DNA of 64,000 nt, from the NCBI GenBank assembly GCA_965262715.1, contig OZ253553.1, positions 1,984,001 to 2,048,000 on the forward strand, in the 5' to 3' direction. Origin of the DNA: Bdellovibrionales bacterium (GTDB lineage Bacteria; Bdellovibrionota; Bdellovibrionia; Bdellovibrionales; JAUICD01). Below, in pieces: positions 19,770 to 29,964 of the stretch. The notes under the pieces are model-generated. The model was not told the DNA's origin, ran no database searches, and was given only the letters and a program-made list of their open reading frames with translations. The position numbers were made by a program, and so were the translations under genes. How positions within the stretch are numbered: the first letter of the stretch is position 1; each line of letters starts with the position of its first letter.

Positions 19770-22415
19770 ATGAATAAATGGCCTGGCGCAAAATGGTGGA
19801 AATTTGACTTTCATACCCATACACCTGCTTCAAAGGATTTTAGAGACAAGGATGTAACACCTAAAGATTGGTTAAAGAGGTTTATGGAGGCAAAGATAGA
19901 CTGTGTAGCTATCACTGATCACAACAGTGGAGCATGGATAGATAAACTTAAAGAAGCATTACAAGAATTAAATAATAACCAACCTGATTTTTATCACCCT
20001 CTTTATTTATTTCCAGGAGTAGAAATTTCTGCTCATGGAGGTGTACATATTCTAGCTATCTTTGACCCAAGTAAAACCACATCTCATATAGATTCATTAT
20101 TAGGAGCTGTTGGCTACAATGGCACAAAAGGAGACAGTGATGCTGTGACAGAGAAGTCTTTAAATGAAGTCATTGATCTAGTGAAAAGACATAACGCTAT
20201 TCCTATTCCTGCTCATGTGGATAAAAACAAAGGCTTATTTAAAGAATTTAAAGGAACCACACTTCAACAAGTACTGACTAATAATAATGTCTATGCAATG
20301 GAATTATGTGATACCAGCTATTCAAAACCACAGATGTATAATGATAAGAAAGTACAATGGACAGAAGTTTGTGGTTCGGATACACACTTTAAACAACATG
20401 ATCATTTTGGTGATTTTACATGGATAAAGATGGATCAGCCTTCTATTGAAGGTTTAAGATTAGCATTGATGGATGGTAAGACATCTGTTAATCTTTTTAT
20501 GCAGGATAATCCAAACCGGCACTCTCAATTTATTATTGAAGAAGTAGCTATCAAAAATACTAGGTACATAGGGCAGTCTCAAAAACTAACCATTAATTTC
20601 AGTCCATTTTTAAATTCTATTATCGGCGGTCGAGGCAGTGGCAAGTCTACATTATTAGAGTTGATCCGCCTTTTATTAAGACGGGATAAAGAAATTCCAG
20701 ATCCTTTAAAGAAAGACAGTGAAAAATACTTTTCTAAAGGTGATAACAATCTATTACTTGATACCAGTGAATTATCTTTAATTTATCGTAAAAACGATCA
20801 TCGTTATCGTCTTAATTGGTCATTCAAAGCTAATAGTCCTTCATTAGAAATTTGGGAAGAGGATAGTTGGAAACTTGAACATGGAGTTATTACAACATTA
20901 TTTCCTGTATATATCTACAGTCAAAAACAAATTTTTGCCTTAGCACAAGAACCCGATGCTCTATTAAGAATTATTGATAAAGACTCTAGTGTAAAATACG
21001 AGGAGTTGAAAAAAAGACAGATTGATTTCTTGAACTCTTACAAAAGATTACAACAAATGAGAAAGGAATTAAGTGAGAAAGTTGCAGAAGAAAGCAAACT
21101 AAAGGGTTTGCTTAATGATGTAACTCGACAGATAGAACAAATAGAAAAATCTGGACATAAAGATATATTGCAAGCCTACCGCTTACGTCAAAAACAATTA
21201 TCAGTCATTAACGACTTAGAGAGATCATGGGAAAATAAAATTCTACAGCTTCAAGATTTAGATAAATCTATTTACTCACCTCATAACAAGGACATTTTTG
21301 ATGACCATAAAGATATCTTACAAGCTATTAATGATATCAACAAACAGTGGGTAGATCTTAATAAAAGACTAACTCTTTTAGAGCAAGAAGCAAAAGACAT
21401 TTTAAATACTTGGGAGCAAGAAAAAAATAGCTCATCATGGATGGAATCCTTACAACACAATGTAGATCAATATAAAAAAATAAAAAATCAGCTGGAACAA
21501 CAAAAGATTGATCCTGAAAAATACCCTAACCTATTAACATTACAAGGACACTACCAAAAAGAGCTTGATAAAATCAAGGGATATACTGAGTTAGCTGAAA
21601 AATACCATCAAGACAGTCAAAATATACTAAAAGAGCTTCAACAAAATAGGGAGCAATTGACAAAAAATAGAATTTCTTTCTTACAATCAATTTTGAAGGG
21701 TAATTCATTTGTTCATATTGAGGTTAAACCTTTTGGCCAAAAATGGGAAGGAATAGAAAAAAGTTTACGTCAATTGTTACAATGTAAAGATAGTCGTTTT
21801 ATTGGAGATTTTGAGTTTTTAAAAAAGGAATATGGCAACAAGATCGATAAACAAAAAGCTATTGAAGATTTAAAGAATAGATTCAAAGATATTTATCAAA
21901 AAACTGAAATCAATGTTCAAGACCAACGTTTTGCCCAATACATCCAAGGACTTCCACAAGAAACCATTAGTAACCTGATGTGTTGGTTCCCAAAAGATGG
22001 TTTAGATATCACTTTTGGAAAAAAACGAAAGAACATCCGACAAGGCTCTCCAGGTCAAAAAAGTGCTGCACTACTAGCATTTATTTTGTCTTATGGTGAT
22101 GAGCCATTGTTATTAGATCAGCCAGAAGACGATCTGGACAATGCATTGATTTATGATCTGATTGTAAAACAATTACGTCAAATCAAATCTCAAAGGCAAG
22201 TGATTGTAGTCACACATAATGCTAATATTGTTGTGAATGGTGATGCCGAAATGGTATTTCCTCTCACAGTTAGGAGCGGACAATCTATAATAGATCACTC
22301 TTCTAGCATTCAAGATTCTCAAATTAGAAAGAAAATATGCAATGTGTTGGAAGGTGGGCAAGAAGCTTTTAAACAAAGATATAAACGTATTCATTTGGAG
22401 CAAGACAATGTATAA
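19770..22415 (+). CDS. PHP-domain phosphoesterase fused to an SMC/ABC-type ATPase (TrlF/Ppl-like defence protein)
   Basis: DFHTHTPAS, AITDHN, PGVEI, PAHVD and GSDTH (PHP); GGRGSGKS Walker A, coiled coil, SPGQ, LLLDQPEDDLDN, VTHNAN. Confidence 0.88.
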   Translation: MNKWPGAKWWKFDFHTHTPASKDFRDKDVTPKDWLKRFMEAKIDCVAITDHNSGAWIDKLKEALQELNNNQPDFYHPLYLFPGVEISAHGGVHILAIFDPSKTTSHIDSLLGAVGYNGTKGDSDAVTEKSLNEVIDLVKRHNAIPIPAHVDKNKGLFKEFKGTTLQQVLTNNNVYAMELCDTSYSKPQMYNDKKVQWTEVCGSDTHFKQHDHFGDFTWIKMDQPSIEGLRLALMDGKTSVNLFMQDNPNRHSQFIIEEVAIKNTRYIGQSQKLTINFSPFLNSIIGGRGSGKSTLLELIRLLLRRDKEIPDPLKKDSEKYFSKGDNNLLLDTSELSLIYRKNDHRYRLNWSFKANSPSLEIWEEDSWKLEHGVITTLFPVYIYSQKQIFALAQEPDALLRIIDKDSSVKYEELKKRQIDFLNSYKRLQQMRKELSEKVAEESKLKGLLNDVTRQIEQIEKSGHKDILQAYRLRQKQLSVINDLERSWENKILQLQDLDKSIYSPHNKDIFDDHKDILQAINDINKQWVDLNKRLTLLEQEAKDILNTWEQEKNSSSWMESLQHNVDQYKKIKNQLEQQKIDPEKYPNLLTLQGHYQKELDKIKGYTELAEKYHQDSQNILKELQQNREQLTKNRISFLQSILKGNSFVHIEVKPFGQKWEGIEKSLRQLLQCKDSRFIGDFEFLKKEYGNKIDKQKAIEDLKNRFKDIYQKTEINVQDQRFAQYIQGLPQETISNLMCWFPKDGLDITFGKKRKNIRQGSPGQKSAALLAFILSYGDEPLLLDQPEDDLDNALIYDLIVKQLRQIKSQRQVIVVTHNANIVVNGDAEMVFPLTVRSGQSIIDHSSSIQDSQIRKKICNVLEGGQEAFKQRYKRIHLEQDNV

Positions 22416-23622
22416 CACTCTATCTGAAATATTGGAAAAAATAACATTAGGTGAAGATTCTACTATTGAGTTTAAAGAAAGAATTTCTCACAAAGATAGC
22501 TTAGCAAATGAAATTGCTGCTTTTGCAAATACAAAAGGTGGAGTGATCCTTATTGGTATAGGAGATAACAAAGAAATTATTGGAATTAGTGAAAATGAGT
22601 TAGAATCATTTGAAAAAATAGTGATTGAAATTTGTCGAGATAGCATAGAACCAACTGTCAACATCTATACTGAAAAGCTACTTATTGAAAATAAAAATAT
22701 CTTAAAAATTGAAGTGTCACGTAGTCTTTTTGTCCACAAATCACCTCACGGTTACTTTAGACGACAAGGAAGTAGTAAGAGAGTAATGCCTACAGATCAG
22801 TTAGCTAGACTTATGCAGAGCCGTTCACAAGCACGTATTATAAGTTTTGATGAGCAGGCAGTTCCAAACACAGATGTGAATACATTAAATCAATCTCTAT
22901 ACATGAAATTTATTCCAAATAAAGATGATAAAATCAAATCACTCTATAAACGTCAATTATTACGAAAAGAAAATGGAAGTTACTGTGCTTCAGTTGCTGG
23001 TGTTTTAATGTGTTGTGATACACCTACAGAACATCTTTATCATAGTTTTATTCAAGCCGTTCATTATAGGGAAAAAATAAGAGATGCCAATTATCAAATT
23101 GATGCAAAAGACTTCAAAAACACATTAGATCGTCAAATTATTGAGGCTTTTAAATTTGTAGAAAGATATAATCAAGTTTCTGCAATCAAGATTGTTGGCA
23201 GAGAAGAAAGACCGCAATACAGTATGAAGGCTGTCTTTGAAGCCATTGTTAATGCTGTTGTGCATAGAGATTATTCTAAGCATAGTTCACATATACGTCT
23301 TTTTATGTTTTCTGATAGACTAGAAATTTACTCTCCTGGAGCATTAGCCAATACATTGACTATAGAAAACTTATCTGATAATTTAGCTACACGTAATGAA
23401 CTCTTATCACGTTTACTCTCTGAAATTACTTTAGATGATAACATCAACAAAACAGCCAATAGAAGATATTTTCTAGAACGTCGAGGTGAAGGAGTAGGTA
23501 TTATCCTTAATGAAAGCGAACAATTAAGTGGTAAAAAACCAATCTATGAAATGCTTGGTGAAGAATTAAAACTAACTATTTTTGCTGCCCAATCCCTACA
23601 AGATAACTCATCCCAAGTTTAA
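22408..23622 (+). CDS. AlbA_2 (Schlafen-like) domain plus HATPase_c_4-like ATP-binding protein
   Basis: True start is likely ATG 22408 (GGAG RBS, overlapping the upstream stop); GEDSTIEFKE, AAFANTKGGVILIG, EAIVNAVVHRDY, RLEIYSPG, ERRGEGV. Confidence 0.85.
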   Translation: MYNTLSEILEKITLGEDSTIEFKERISHKDSLANEIAAFANTKGGVILIGIGDNKEIIGISENELESFEKIVIEICRDSIEPTVNIYTEKLLIENKNILKIEVSRSLFVHKSPHGYFRRQGSSKRVMPTDQLARLMQSRSQARIISFDEQAVPNTDVNTLNQSLYMKFIPNKDDKIKSLYKRQLLRKENGSYCASVAGVLMCCDTPTEHLYHSFIQAVHYREKIRDANYQIDAKDFKNTLDRQIIEAFKFVERYNQVSAIKIVGREERPQYSMKAVFEAIVNAVVHRDYSKHSSHIRLFMFSDRLEIYSPGALANTLTIENLSDNLATRNELLSRLLSEITLDDNINKTANRRYFLERRGEGVGIILNESEQLSGKKPIYEMLGEELKLTIFAAQSLQDNSSQV

Positions 23623-23632
23623 AGGTAAAATT

Positions 23633-23880
23633 GGCCTTGTTGCACAAGCAGCAAGTTTAATGAGCTAAGAGATTTGTGAAAGGCATCTTCCATAGGCCTT
23701 AGGCAACCCCCGTGCCTTGTATTTCTATTGTTTTGAGTTTTTATTATGGGATTAAAGTACTTTAAGAGATATTTATTCCCTAAGGCACTGGCCTAGTCCT
23801 ATTTCAGAAGTCTTTCACAAATCTCATTCTTAAATCTTTATGGGATAATATCTTTTAAGAGTTTCATATATTTATTATTT
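23633..23880 (+). mobile_element. Left-end remnant of an IS5-family element, truncated by IS30
   Basis: Starts with the terminal repeat ggccttgttgcacaa, as at 35904/37251; 23669-23825 is homologous to the reverse complement of 37053-37207. Confidence 0.75.
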
Positions 23881-23979
23881 GGTGGATTCAAGTTGCAAGT
23901 GCAACTCCTTGCATAGTTATTTAAAGCGGGTTAGAGGAATACTCTAATCAATCTCTTTAAATAATGAAAGGAGTATTCC

Positions 23980-24933
23980 ATGAGCAATTACACTCATCTA
24001 ACCCAACATGAGAGATACCAGATTTTAGCTTTTTTGCAAAGTGGAAAATCAATAAGTTCAATTGCTACTCAGGTAGGTCGAGATAAAAGCACGATATATA
24101 GGGAGCTGAGTCGTAACAAAGGTTTGCGAGGTTATCGTGCTCAACAAGCCCATGAAAAAGCAGTCGATCGTCTTCAAAACTCTCATAGACATATAAAGAT
24201 AACACAAAAAGTCATTAATAAGCTTGAGAGGTTTCTTTGTGAACGTTGGAGTCCGGAACAAATATCCGGTTTTCTTAAAACAAAAGGTTTTTCTATAAGT
24301 CATGAGAGTATTTATCAACATATTCTGCGAGATAAGAAATCAGGAGGTGATCTCTACAAATTTTTAAGATGTCAGAAGAAACGCAAGAAGCGATATGGTA
24401 CAAGTAGGTTTGATAAAAGGGGTCAGATACAGAATAGAGTGAGTATTGATAAAAGACCTAAGATAGTAGATAAGAGGATTCGCATAGGAGACTGGGAAGG
24501 TGATTTAATGATAGGTAGACATCATAAAGGAGCTTTAGTCACACTGGTAGATAGATGTTCTAAGAAGACGAGGATTGTCAAAATAGAATCTAAGAGTTCT
24601 GAGGCAGTATTTCATGCTATTTCTAAAACTCTTAAAAGAGAGGTTGTTCATACAATGACTTTGGATAATGGTAAAGAGTTTTCGTGTCATGAGAAGATCA
24701 GCGAATATACCGGATGTAAAGTTTATTTTGCTCATCCTTACAGTTCATATCAGAGGGGTTTAAATGAGAACACGAATGGTTTAATCCGTCAGTATTTTCC
24801 AAAGAAGACAGATTTTAGAGAAATCACCTCTAAGGATGTAAAAAAGGTTGAGTTTCTTTTAAATCACCGCCCTCGAAAGAGTTTAGGTTTTCTAACTCCC
24901 AATGAGTTTCATAGACAGAAGATGATTTGTTGA
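23980..24933 (+). CDS. IS30-family transposase
   Basis: YTHLT..ERYQI, WSPEQIS, GDWEGD, TLDNGKEF, RGLNENTNGLIRQYFPK, RPRKSLGF.TP. Confidence 0.97.
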   Translation: MSNYTHLTQHERYQILAFLQSGKSISSIATQVGRDKSTIYRELSRNKGLRGYRAQQAHEKAVDRLQNSHRHIKITQKVINKLERFLCERWSPEQISGFLKTKGFSISHESIYQHILRDKKSGGDLYKFLRCQKKRKKRYGTSRFDKRGQIQNRVSIDKRPKIVDKRIRIGDWEGDLMIGRHHKGALVTLVDRCSKKTRIVKIESKSSEAVFHAISKTLKREVVHTMTLDNGKEFSCHEKISEYTGCKVYFAHPYSSYQRGLNENTNGLIRQYFPKKTDFREITSKDVKKVEFLLNHRPRKSLGFLTPNEFHRQKMIC

Positions 24934-24989
24934 AATCATTATCAATTCAAAATTACTTATCCTATATAACAGCTTTTTGTAAGTAAAAA

Positions 24990-25065
24990 TTGATGTTTAT
25001 AGTAAAGGCAAGTTTTTCCGCAGAGCTTTAGCTCGAGGACTACTTGCCTTTACTATAAACATCAA
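24990..25065. repeat. Perfect 24-bp-arm hairpin in the IS30 3' non-coding region
   Basis: ttgatgtttatagtaaaggcaagt ... acttgcctttactataaacatcaa; the loop holds an inner gagc-ttta-gctc stem. Confidence 0.9.
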
Positions 25066-25233
25066 AGTACATCTCTTCAAATAAAATAATTTACTGTAAT
25101 CTTTCACTATAATTAAAACTTTGTTGGAATATTAATCTTAAAATGATATAACTTTTAAAAATATCTATAACCGCAAAAGTGTTGCACTTGCGATTTGAAG
25201 TTACATTATATAAAACTTATACTGCTAATAGCA

Positions 25234-25725
25234 TTATCTATTATCCCAGATTTCTATAGTAGGATTACCTTCAATACTTTCAATAATTTCATATTCATCT
25301 GGAATACTGAGAAAATAAAGGAGTATCCTCCTATATTCCTCATCTGAAATATCTAATACTGGTGACGGACTATTTAATAATTCAACTAAACTGCTAATCG
25401 ACCATTTTATACCACGTTGTTGAGTAGTTTTTATATTAACAACAATTTGTTCAGCAATTTGAAGTCGAGCTTCTTCATCCAAGTCAAAATGTTCCGTTAT
25501 AGCAGAAAAAACTGCAAAGCTGTTATTGTTTTCTAGTGCGAGGGTTAGTGGCATAACTCCATCTGGACAAGGTGCGTTCATAGCTAATGGACCTTTAAGT
25601 TGAGCTTCTGACTCTACTTGGGGAGGTGTAGCTGACTGCCACCATAAGGGACTACATATATCTGCCCTAGCAAAACTGCCCATCATCATTAACCCTACAA
25701 TTAAAAAATATTTCATAAATTTCAT
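25234..25725 (-). CDS. Exported hypothetical protein, paralog of 25905-26954
   Basis: Likely start MKFMKYF after a GAAGGAG RBS; signal peptide ARA-D; shared N-terminus D.CS.LWWQS...MN.PCP.G..P..LALENN (ankyrin-like). Confidence 0.7.
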   Translation of the reverse strand: MKFMKYFLIVGLMMMGSFARADICSPLWWQSATPPQVESEAQLKGPLAMNAPCPDGVMPLTLALENNNSFAVFSAITEHFDLDEEARLQIAEQIVVNIKTTQQRGIKWSISSLVELLNSPSPVLDISDEEYRRILLYFLSIPDEYEIIESIEGNPTIEIWDNR

Positions 25726-25904
25726 AATTTGCTCTCCTTCTTTCATTTTGACAAACAATATCAATATATATTTCGTAACTTAAAATTACATACTTATTTA
25801 TTATTCTAACAACAACAGTAAAAACCCTTATTTCAAAAAGGATTTTTACCATTATCTTCTACACATAACTTATTCTTAAAAAAAAAAATTTTCCTCATAA
25901 AAGC

Positions 25905-26954
25905 CTATCTATTAGATTGGGCTGTAACAATTTCATAGATGACCAACCTAGTGCGATACCTTTCTAACCTTTGATTTGGCGATTGTGATGACAAAGTATT
26001 ATTATATGCATTATATATCCAATCATCATTATCATATTTGCCAACGCTATTAAAACCAATAAGAAGTGTGCTTATTGTTTCTTTCATATCATCAAAGCTT
26101 ATTCCTACAGGATCCCTATCATCATGGTTTTTAAAATTTATATCAACATCATTGATTAAGAGCCTTTTTAGTATTCCATCAGCATCAGGAACATCAACAG
26201 TGTGTACTACATGATGTGCAGCGAAGTCAGCTCCCTGTGATGGTGAGTCAGGTCGGATATCCCTTGATATTCCATCGAAACTTACTAACAAATCCCCATA
26301 AGCTTGATGAAGCTGCATAGCCGCAATATGTTCAATTTGATGTTGAGTTTCTTCATCTACTTCATACTCATACCCTTTAGGAATATCAAAAAAATGAACT
26401 GGCGCATGTAAAACATAGGTAGGTGTTGATGATCCAGATTCTGCAGCTATCGATTCTACAGTTGATAACAAGTCTCCATAAGCTTGACGGAGCTGCATAC
26501 CTGCAATGTGTTCAATTTGATATCGAATGTTTTCATCTAAACTATCTAGTTCATATTCATCAGGAATATCAATAAACCGGACTGGTACATGCACAACAGA
26601 AGCAGATGATCTTCCAATTATCGATCCCGCATCTGATAACAACCCTTCATAAGCTTGACGAAGCCTTCTATCTGCAAAATGTTGAACTTGATGTCGGGTT
26701 TCTTCATTTAAATCAAAATGTTCCATTATAACATTAAAAGTTAAAGGGTCTTCATTATTTTCTAATGCTAAGATCATTGGCAAAATTCCATTTGGACAAG
26801 GTACGTTCATAGCTAATCTACCTCTAAGTTGAACTTCGAATTCTATCTCAAAATCTTTAACCGACTGCCACCATAAGCCACTACATACATCTGCCCTGGC
26901 AAAACTGCCTATCATCATTAATCCTATAATCAAAAGATATCTCATAAACTTCAT
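25905..26954 (-). CDS. Exported hypothetical protein with three ~55-60 aa internal repeats
   Basis: Repeats LNEETRHQVQHFADRRLRQAYEGLLS / LDENIRYQIEHIAGMQLRQAYGDLLS / VDEETQHQIEHIAAMQLHQAYGDLLV. Confidence 0.7.
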   Translation of the reverse strand: MKFMRYLLIIGLMMIGSFARADVCSGLWWQSVKDFEIEFEVQLRGRLAMNVPCPNGILPMILALENNEDPLTFNVIMEHFDLNEETRHQVQHFADRRLRQAYEGLLSDAGSIIGRSSASVVHVPVRFIDIPDEYELDSLDENIRYQIEHIAGMQLRQAYGDLLSTVESIAAESGSSTPTYVLHAPVHFFDIPKGYEYEVDEETQHQIEHIAAMQLHQAYGDLLVSFDGISRDIRPDSPSQGADFAAHHVVHTVDVPDADGILKRLLINDVDINFKNHDDRDPVGISFDDMKETISTLLIGFNSVGKYDNDDWIYNAYNNTLSSQSPNQRLERYRTRLVIYEIVTAQSNR

Positions 26955-27357
26955 AATTTGCTCTCCTTCTTTCATTTTGCAAATAATACAAAAAATCTAC
27001 AAACCTTGTCAAATAAAAACCTACAAAGCTACCCTTTTTACAAAATTCCTATCACAAACATGAAATAATTACACAAAATAAAGCTTAGCATATGAAATAA
27101 TTACACAAAGCAAAAACTAATTGGATTTACTTAAAGCATTGTTATAAAGATAATAGTTCTTTAATTTTATTTTGAGATCATTCATTTGGAAAAAAGCATT
27201 AACCTTTTAATATCATTGATTTTTAAAAATATTTGTATTAAAAGTCATATTTATTTTTGTAAGATCAATTAAGATATTTTAATTTACTTTCTCTTAGGCT
27301 ATTTGAAGTTAAAACGTGAAAGAATAAGAGTTTATGTCAATTTCGAGTTAAAATGAA

Positions 27358-27506
27358 TAGAAGCCCTCTTATAAAATAATATTTAAGAAGTCGAATTGCA
27401 AAATGCAAAATATTATTTTATAAGATGGCTTCTAGTCAAAATGGACGGACTCTCTTAAAAGCGTGTATACGCACTTTTAAGAGAGTCCGTCCATTTTGAG
27501 TGAGAC
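27358..27506. repeat. Two adjacent long hairpins; the second is a divergent member of the dispersed hairpin family
   Basis: 27358-27434 has 27-bp arms with 1 mismatch. 27436-27499 has perfect 26-bp arms (tcaaaatggacggactctcttaaaag) and ends in the family terminus attttgagtgagac. Confidence 0.85.
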
Positions 27507-27574
27507 AGTCCTTTTATATAGAGCCTGAACTAAAAGGTTGTTTTGAAAATGTGAGCACAGGAAGTAATTTTGAG

Positions 27575-29956
27575 ATGAGTTCTAAGTTCAAGCTGTTTTT
27601 AATATTTTTATGTCTCATTGGTTGCTCTCCAGTATTTGCAAAAGATAAACCAGCAGCATGCGCTACAGCTCTGATGCCTTATGTAGGTTTATTCTTAAAA
27701 CCTAATAACAGCGAATTACAACAAGCAGTCTCTGTCTTATTAGAACAATCAGAAGAAGTAGGTGACCTTTTATTAGACCTCAATCAAAATCCCTCGAAAA
27801 GTGAGGTTTTAAATAATCATGTTGACAGGATCTATAAATTAAATCCTCAATCTGCTTTTATTTTAACTGCTGCTATTTTAAAAGCTTCATTAACAGATGT
27901 GAATAAAGAGATAATCAAAAAAACGTGGGATGAATTTATAAGCAGTTCAAAGGCTTCTGAAGAAGTGCAAAGAGCCATAAATCAAGCTTTTAAAAGACAA
28001 CCAACAAATAATGAAAGCACACCTCATAATCCTTATATAGATTCCCTTTCTTTGCGAACATTACTTTTACTAATAGAAGATCCAAATTATCAAAGTATAT
28101 TGGTATTGAAAGATAAAAATGAAACCATAAGTGGATATACTTCGTACAAACCTGGTGATTCTGAAGTTTTAAGTTATGTGCATTTGAATAACGCTTACAT
28201 CTTTTTTGAAACCTATAAACGTGTCTATGTTTTTCAAGTTCAACCTGAGAGTCATTTATCAACCAATGTTCTTGTATTTAATAAAAAGCAACCTAATCTC
28301 ATAGCTAATAACCTATACCATGAATATTTTGAAGAAATACAACATTATTTTAATTCTTCATATACCGAAATGAATGAAGAACTTATAGATAATGTTCTAG
28401 ATAATTTAGATATGATAACAACCACTGTTAAAAAATCAACCTTTTTTGAAAGATTTATTTACCGTCTTACAAGAATTCGAGATGCTTTTGAAATATCATC
28501 TCATTCAATCATCGACAATGCTATTACTAATTATAATGCTACAAAGAATGACTTTCAAGTTTCAACACTTTTAAAGATAGCTCATTATTTAAGAGTCAAA
28601 TTGTCAATTCTATTAAGTGATGAAGACTTGGTCCCTTATGCTCACATTGATCAAAGTAGACCTCCTTTATCAGATGAGTATATATATGAAGTAGAAAGAA
28701 ATATCAAAATAAAACTTAGAGATGCAATCAGAAAGTCTGACCTTACTTTATCAGATTTGGAAAATAAAAGTGGAGTATCTCTATCAATCCTTAACAAGAT
28801 ATTAGCAAGCTCATTTATTCCAAAATATTTAGTAATGAAAAATATTACAGATGTTTTAGGGATTGATATTAATGAATTTTTAATAAAAATTGTAAATGAT
28901 GTTCTAAAAAATATGCTACAACATCACTTTAACAACAACCAAGATCAACAAAATGAAGCAGCTATCTTAGAGCGTATTGGAAATCGTATTAAACAAGCGA
29001 TGTTTTTGGCAGGGTTTGATTTAAAAACAAGATTAACAGAAGTATTAGGAGTCCGCATAGATAATCTAGGTAAAGTGAATCCGCGATTTAGAGTTCTATT
29101 AACAACATCTTATGTAACAGGAATAAACCTATCAGTTCTAGTTGGTGATGCAAACTTAGAAGATCAAATTGACCCAAGCCTTGCAAGACACACTGAGATG
29201 CCAGAAGACTATTTTAGAAAAGCAAGGATCCTTATAATCTATTATATCAAAAAAAGAATGGTAGAATTAAATCTCTCCATAAGAGATCTTGCCTCTTTAA
29301 ATAGCGGGCTTAAACAAGATACAATACGCACATTGTTTAATGGAAGGCAAACCCCAGGCTATCTTTTACTTTCTAAAATAGCGGATACTTTAAAAACCAC
29401 ACTATCTGATCTACTACAAAATTTAGAAGAAGATATTGAACAATTTAACAGTTTAGATTTAAATATTGAAGTTCCTGCCTCTAATAGAAACAATATAACG
29501 GAGAGCGCTCTAAACGAACTTAATCGTTGGAGACAACGTATAATTCAAGCTGTAGAATTGAGTCGTATACCATCAAAGAGATTAGACAAAGAATTCAAGA
29601 TAAGACTCAAAACTTTCAGAGAAAAGAGACTAGCCACCCTTTTTAAAGCGGCTCATCTTGCAGGAATTACTGTATCAGAGCTTTTAGGTCATAGAGATCT
29701 TTCACAATTAATAAGTCCTCATCGTGATATAAAAGCAATAAGACCATTATCCGACTCTCAAATTAAAAGAAAGGTACATCAGTTTAGTCAAAATATTACA
29801 ATTCGAATGGAGAATGTTTATGGACATCCTTTACCTCCACATATTAGAAATCACATATCTACAGTATATGACAGCCTACTGGTTTCATCTTCTCGTATAA
29901 TACGATTATCTGAAGAGCTGAATGTAGATCCTGTGCATTTTTTTGCAGATTTATAA
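27575..29956 (+). CDS. Signal-peptide-bearing protein with multiple tandem XRE/Cro-like HTH modules
   Basis: Likely start MSSKFKLFLIFLCLIGCSPVFA. HTH-like repeats include LTLSDLENKSGVSLSILNKIL...ITDVLGIDINEFL and LSIRDLASLNSGLKQDTIRTLFNGRQTPGYLLLSKIADTLKTTLSDLL, plus further degenerate copies. Confidence 0.7.
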   Translation: MSSKFKLFLIFLCLIGCSPVFAKDKPAACATALMPYVGLFLKPNNSELQQAVSVLLEQSEEVGDLLLDLNQNPSKSEVLNNHVDRIYKLNPQSAFILTAAILKASLTDVNKEIIKKTWDEFISSSKASEEVQRAINQAFKRQPTNNESTPHNPYIDSLSLRTLLLLIEDPNYQSILVLKDKNETISGYTSYKPGDSEVLSYVHLNNAYIFFETYKRVYVFQVQPESHLSTNVLVFNKKQPNLIANNLYHEYFEEIQHYFNSSYTEMNEELIDNVLDNLDMITTTVKKSTFFERFIYRLTRIRDAFEISSHSIIDNAITNYNATKNDFQVSTLLKIAHYLRVKLSILLSDEDLVPYAHIDQSRPPLSDEYIYEVERNIKIKLRDAIRKSDLTLSDLENKSGVSLSILNKILASSFIPKYLVMKNITDVLGIDINEFLIKIVNDVLKNMLQHHFNNNQDQQNEAAILERIGNRIKQAMFLAGFDLKTRLTEVLGVRIDNLGKVNPRFRVLLTTSYVTGINLSVLVGDANLEDQIDPSLARHTEMPEDYFRKARILIIYYIKKRMVELNLSIRDLASLNSGLKQDTIRTLFNGRQTPGYLLLSKIADTLKTTLSDLLQNLEEDIEQFNSLDLNIEVPASNRNNITESALNELNRWRQRIIQAVELSRIPSKRLDKEFKIRLKTFREKRLATLFKAAHLAGITVSELLGHRDLSQLISPHRDIKAIRPLSDSQIKRKVHQFSQNITIRMENVYGHPLPPHIRNHISTVYDSLLVSSSRIIRLSEELNVDPVHFFADL

Positions 29957-29964
29957 CTCCTCCT

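Larger units (their letters stand above)
23881..25205 (+). mobile_element. IS30-family insertion sequence
   Basis: Imperfect terminal inverted repeats ggtggattcaagttgcaagtgcaac and gttgcacttgcgatttgaagttaca flank the transposase. Confidence 0.9.
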
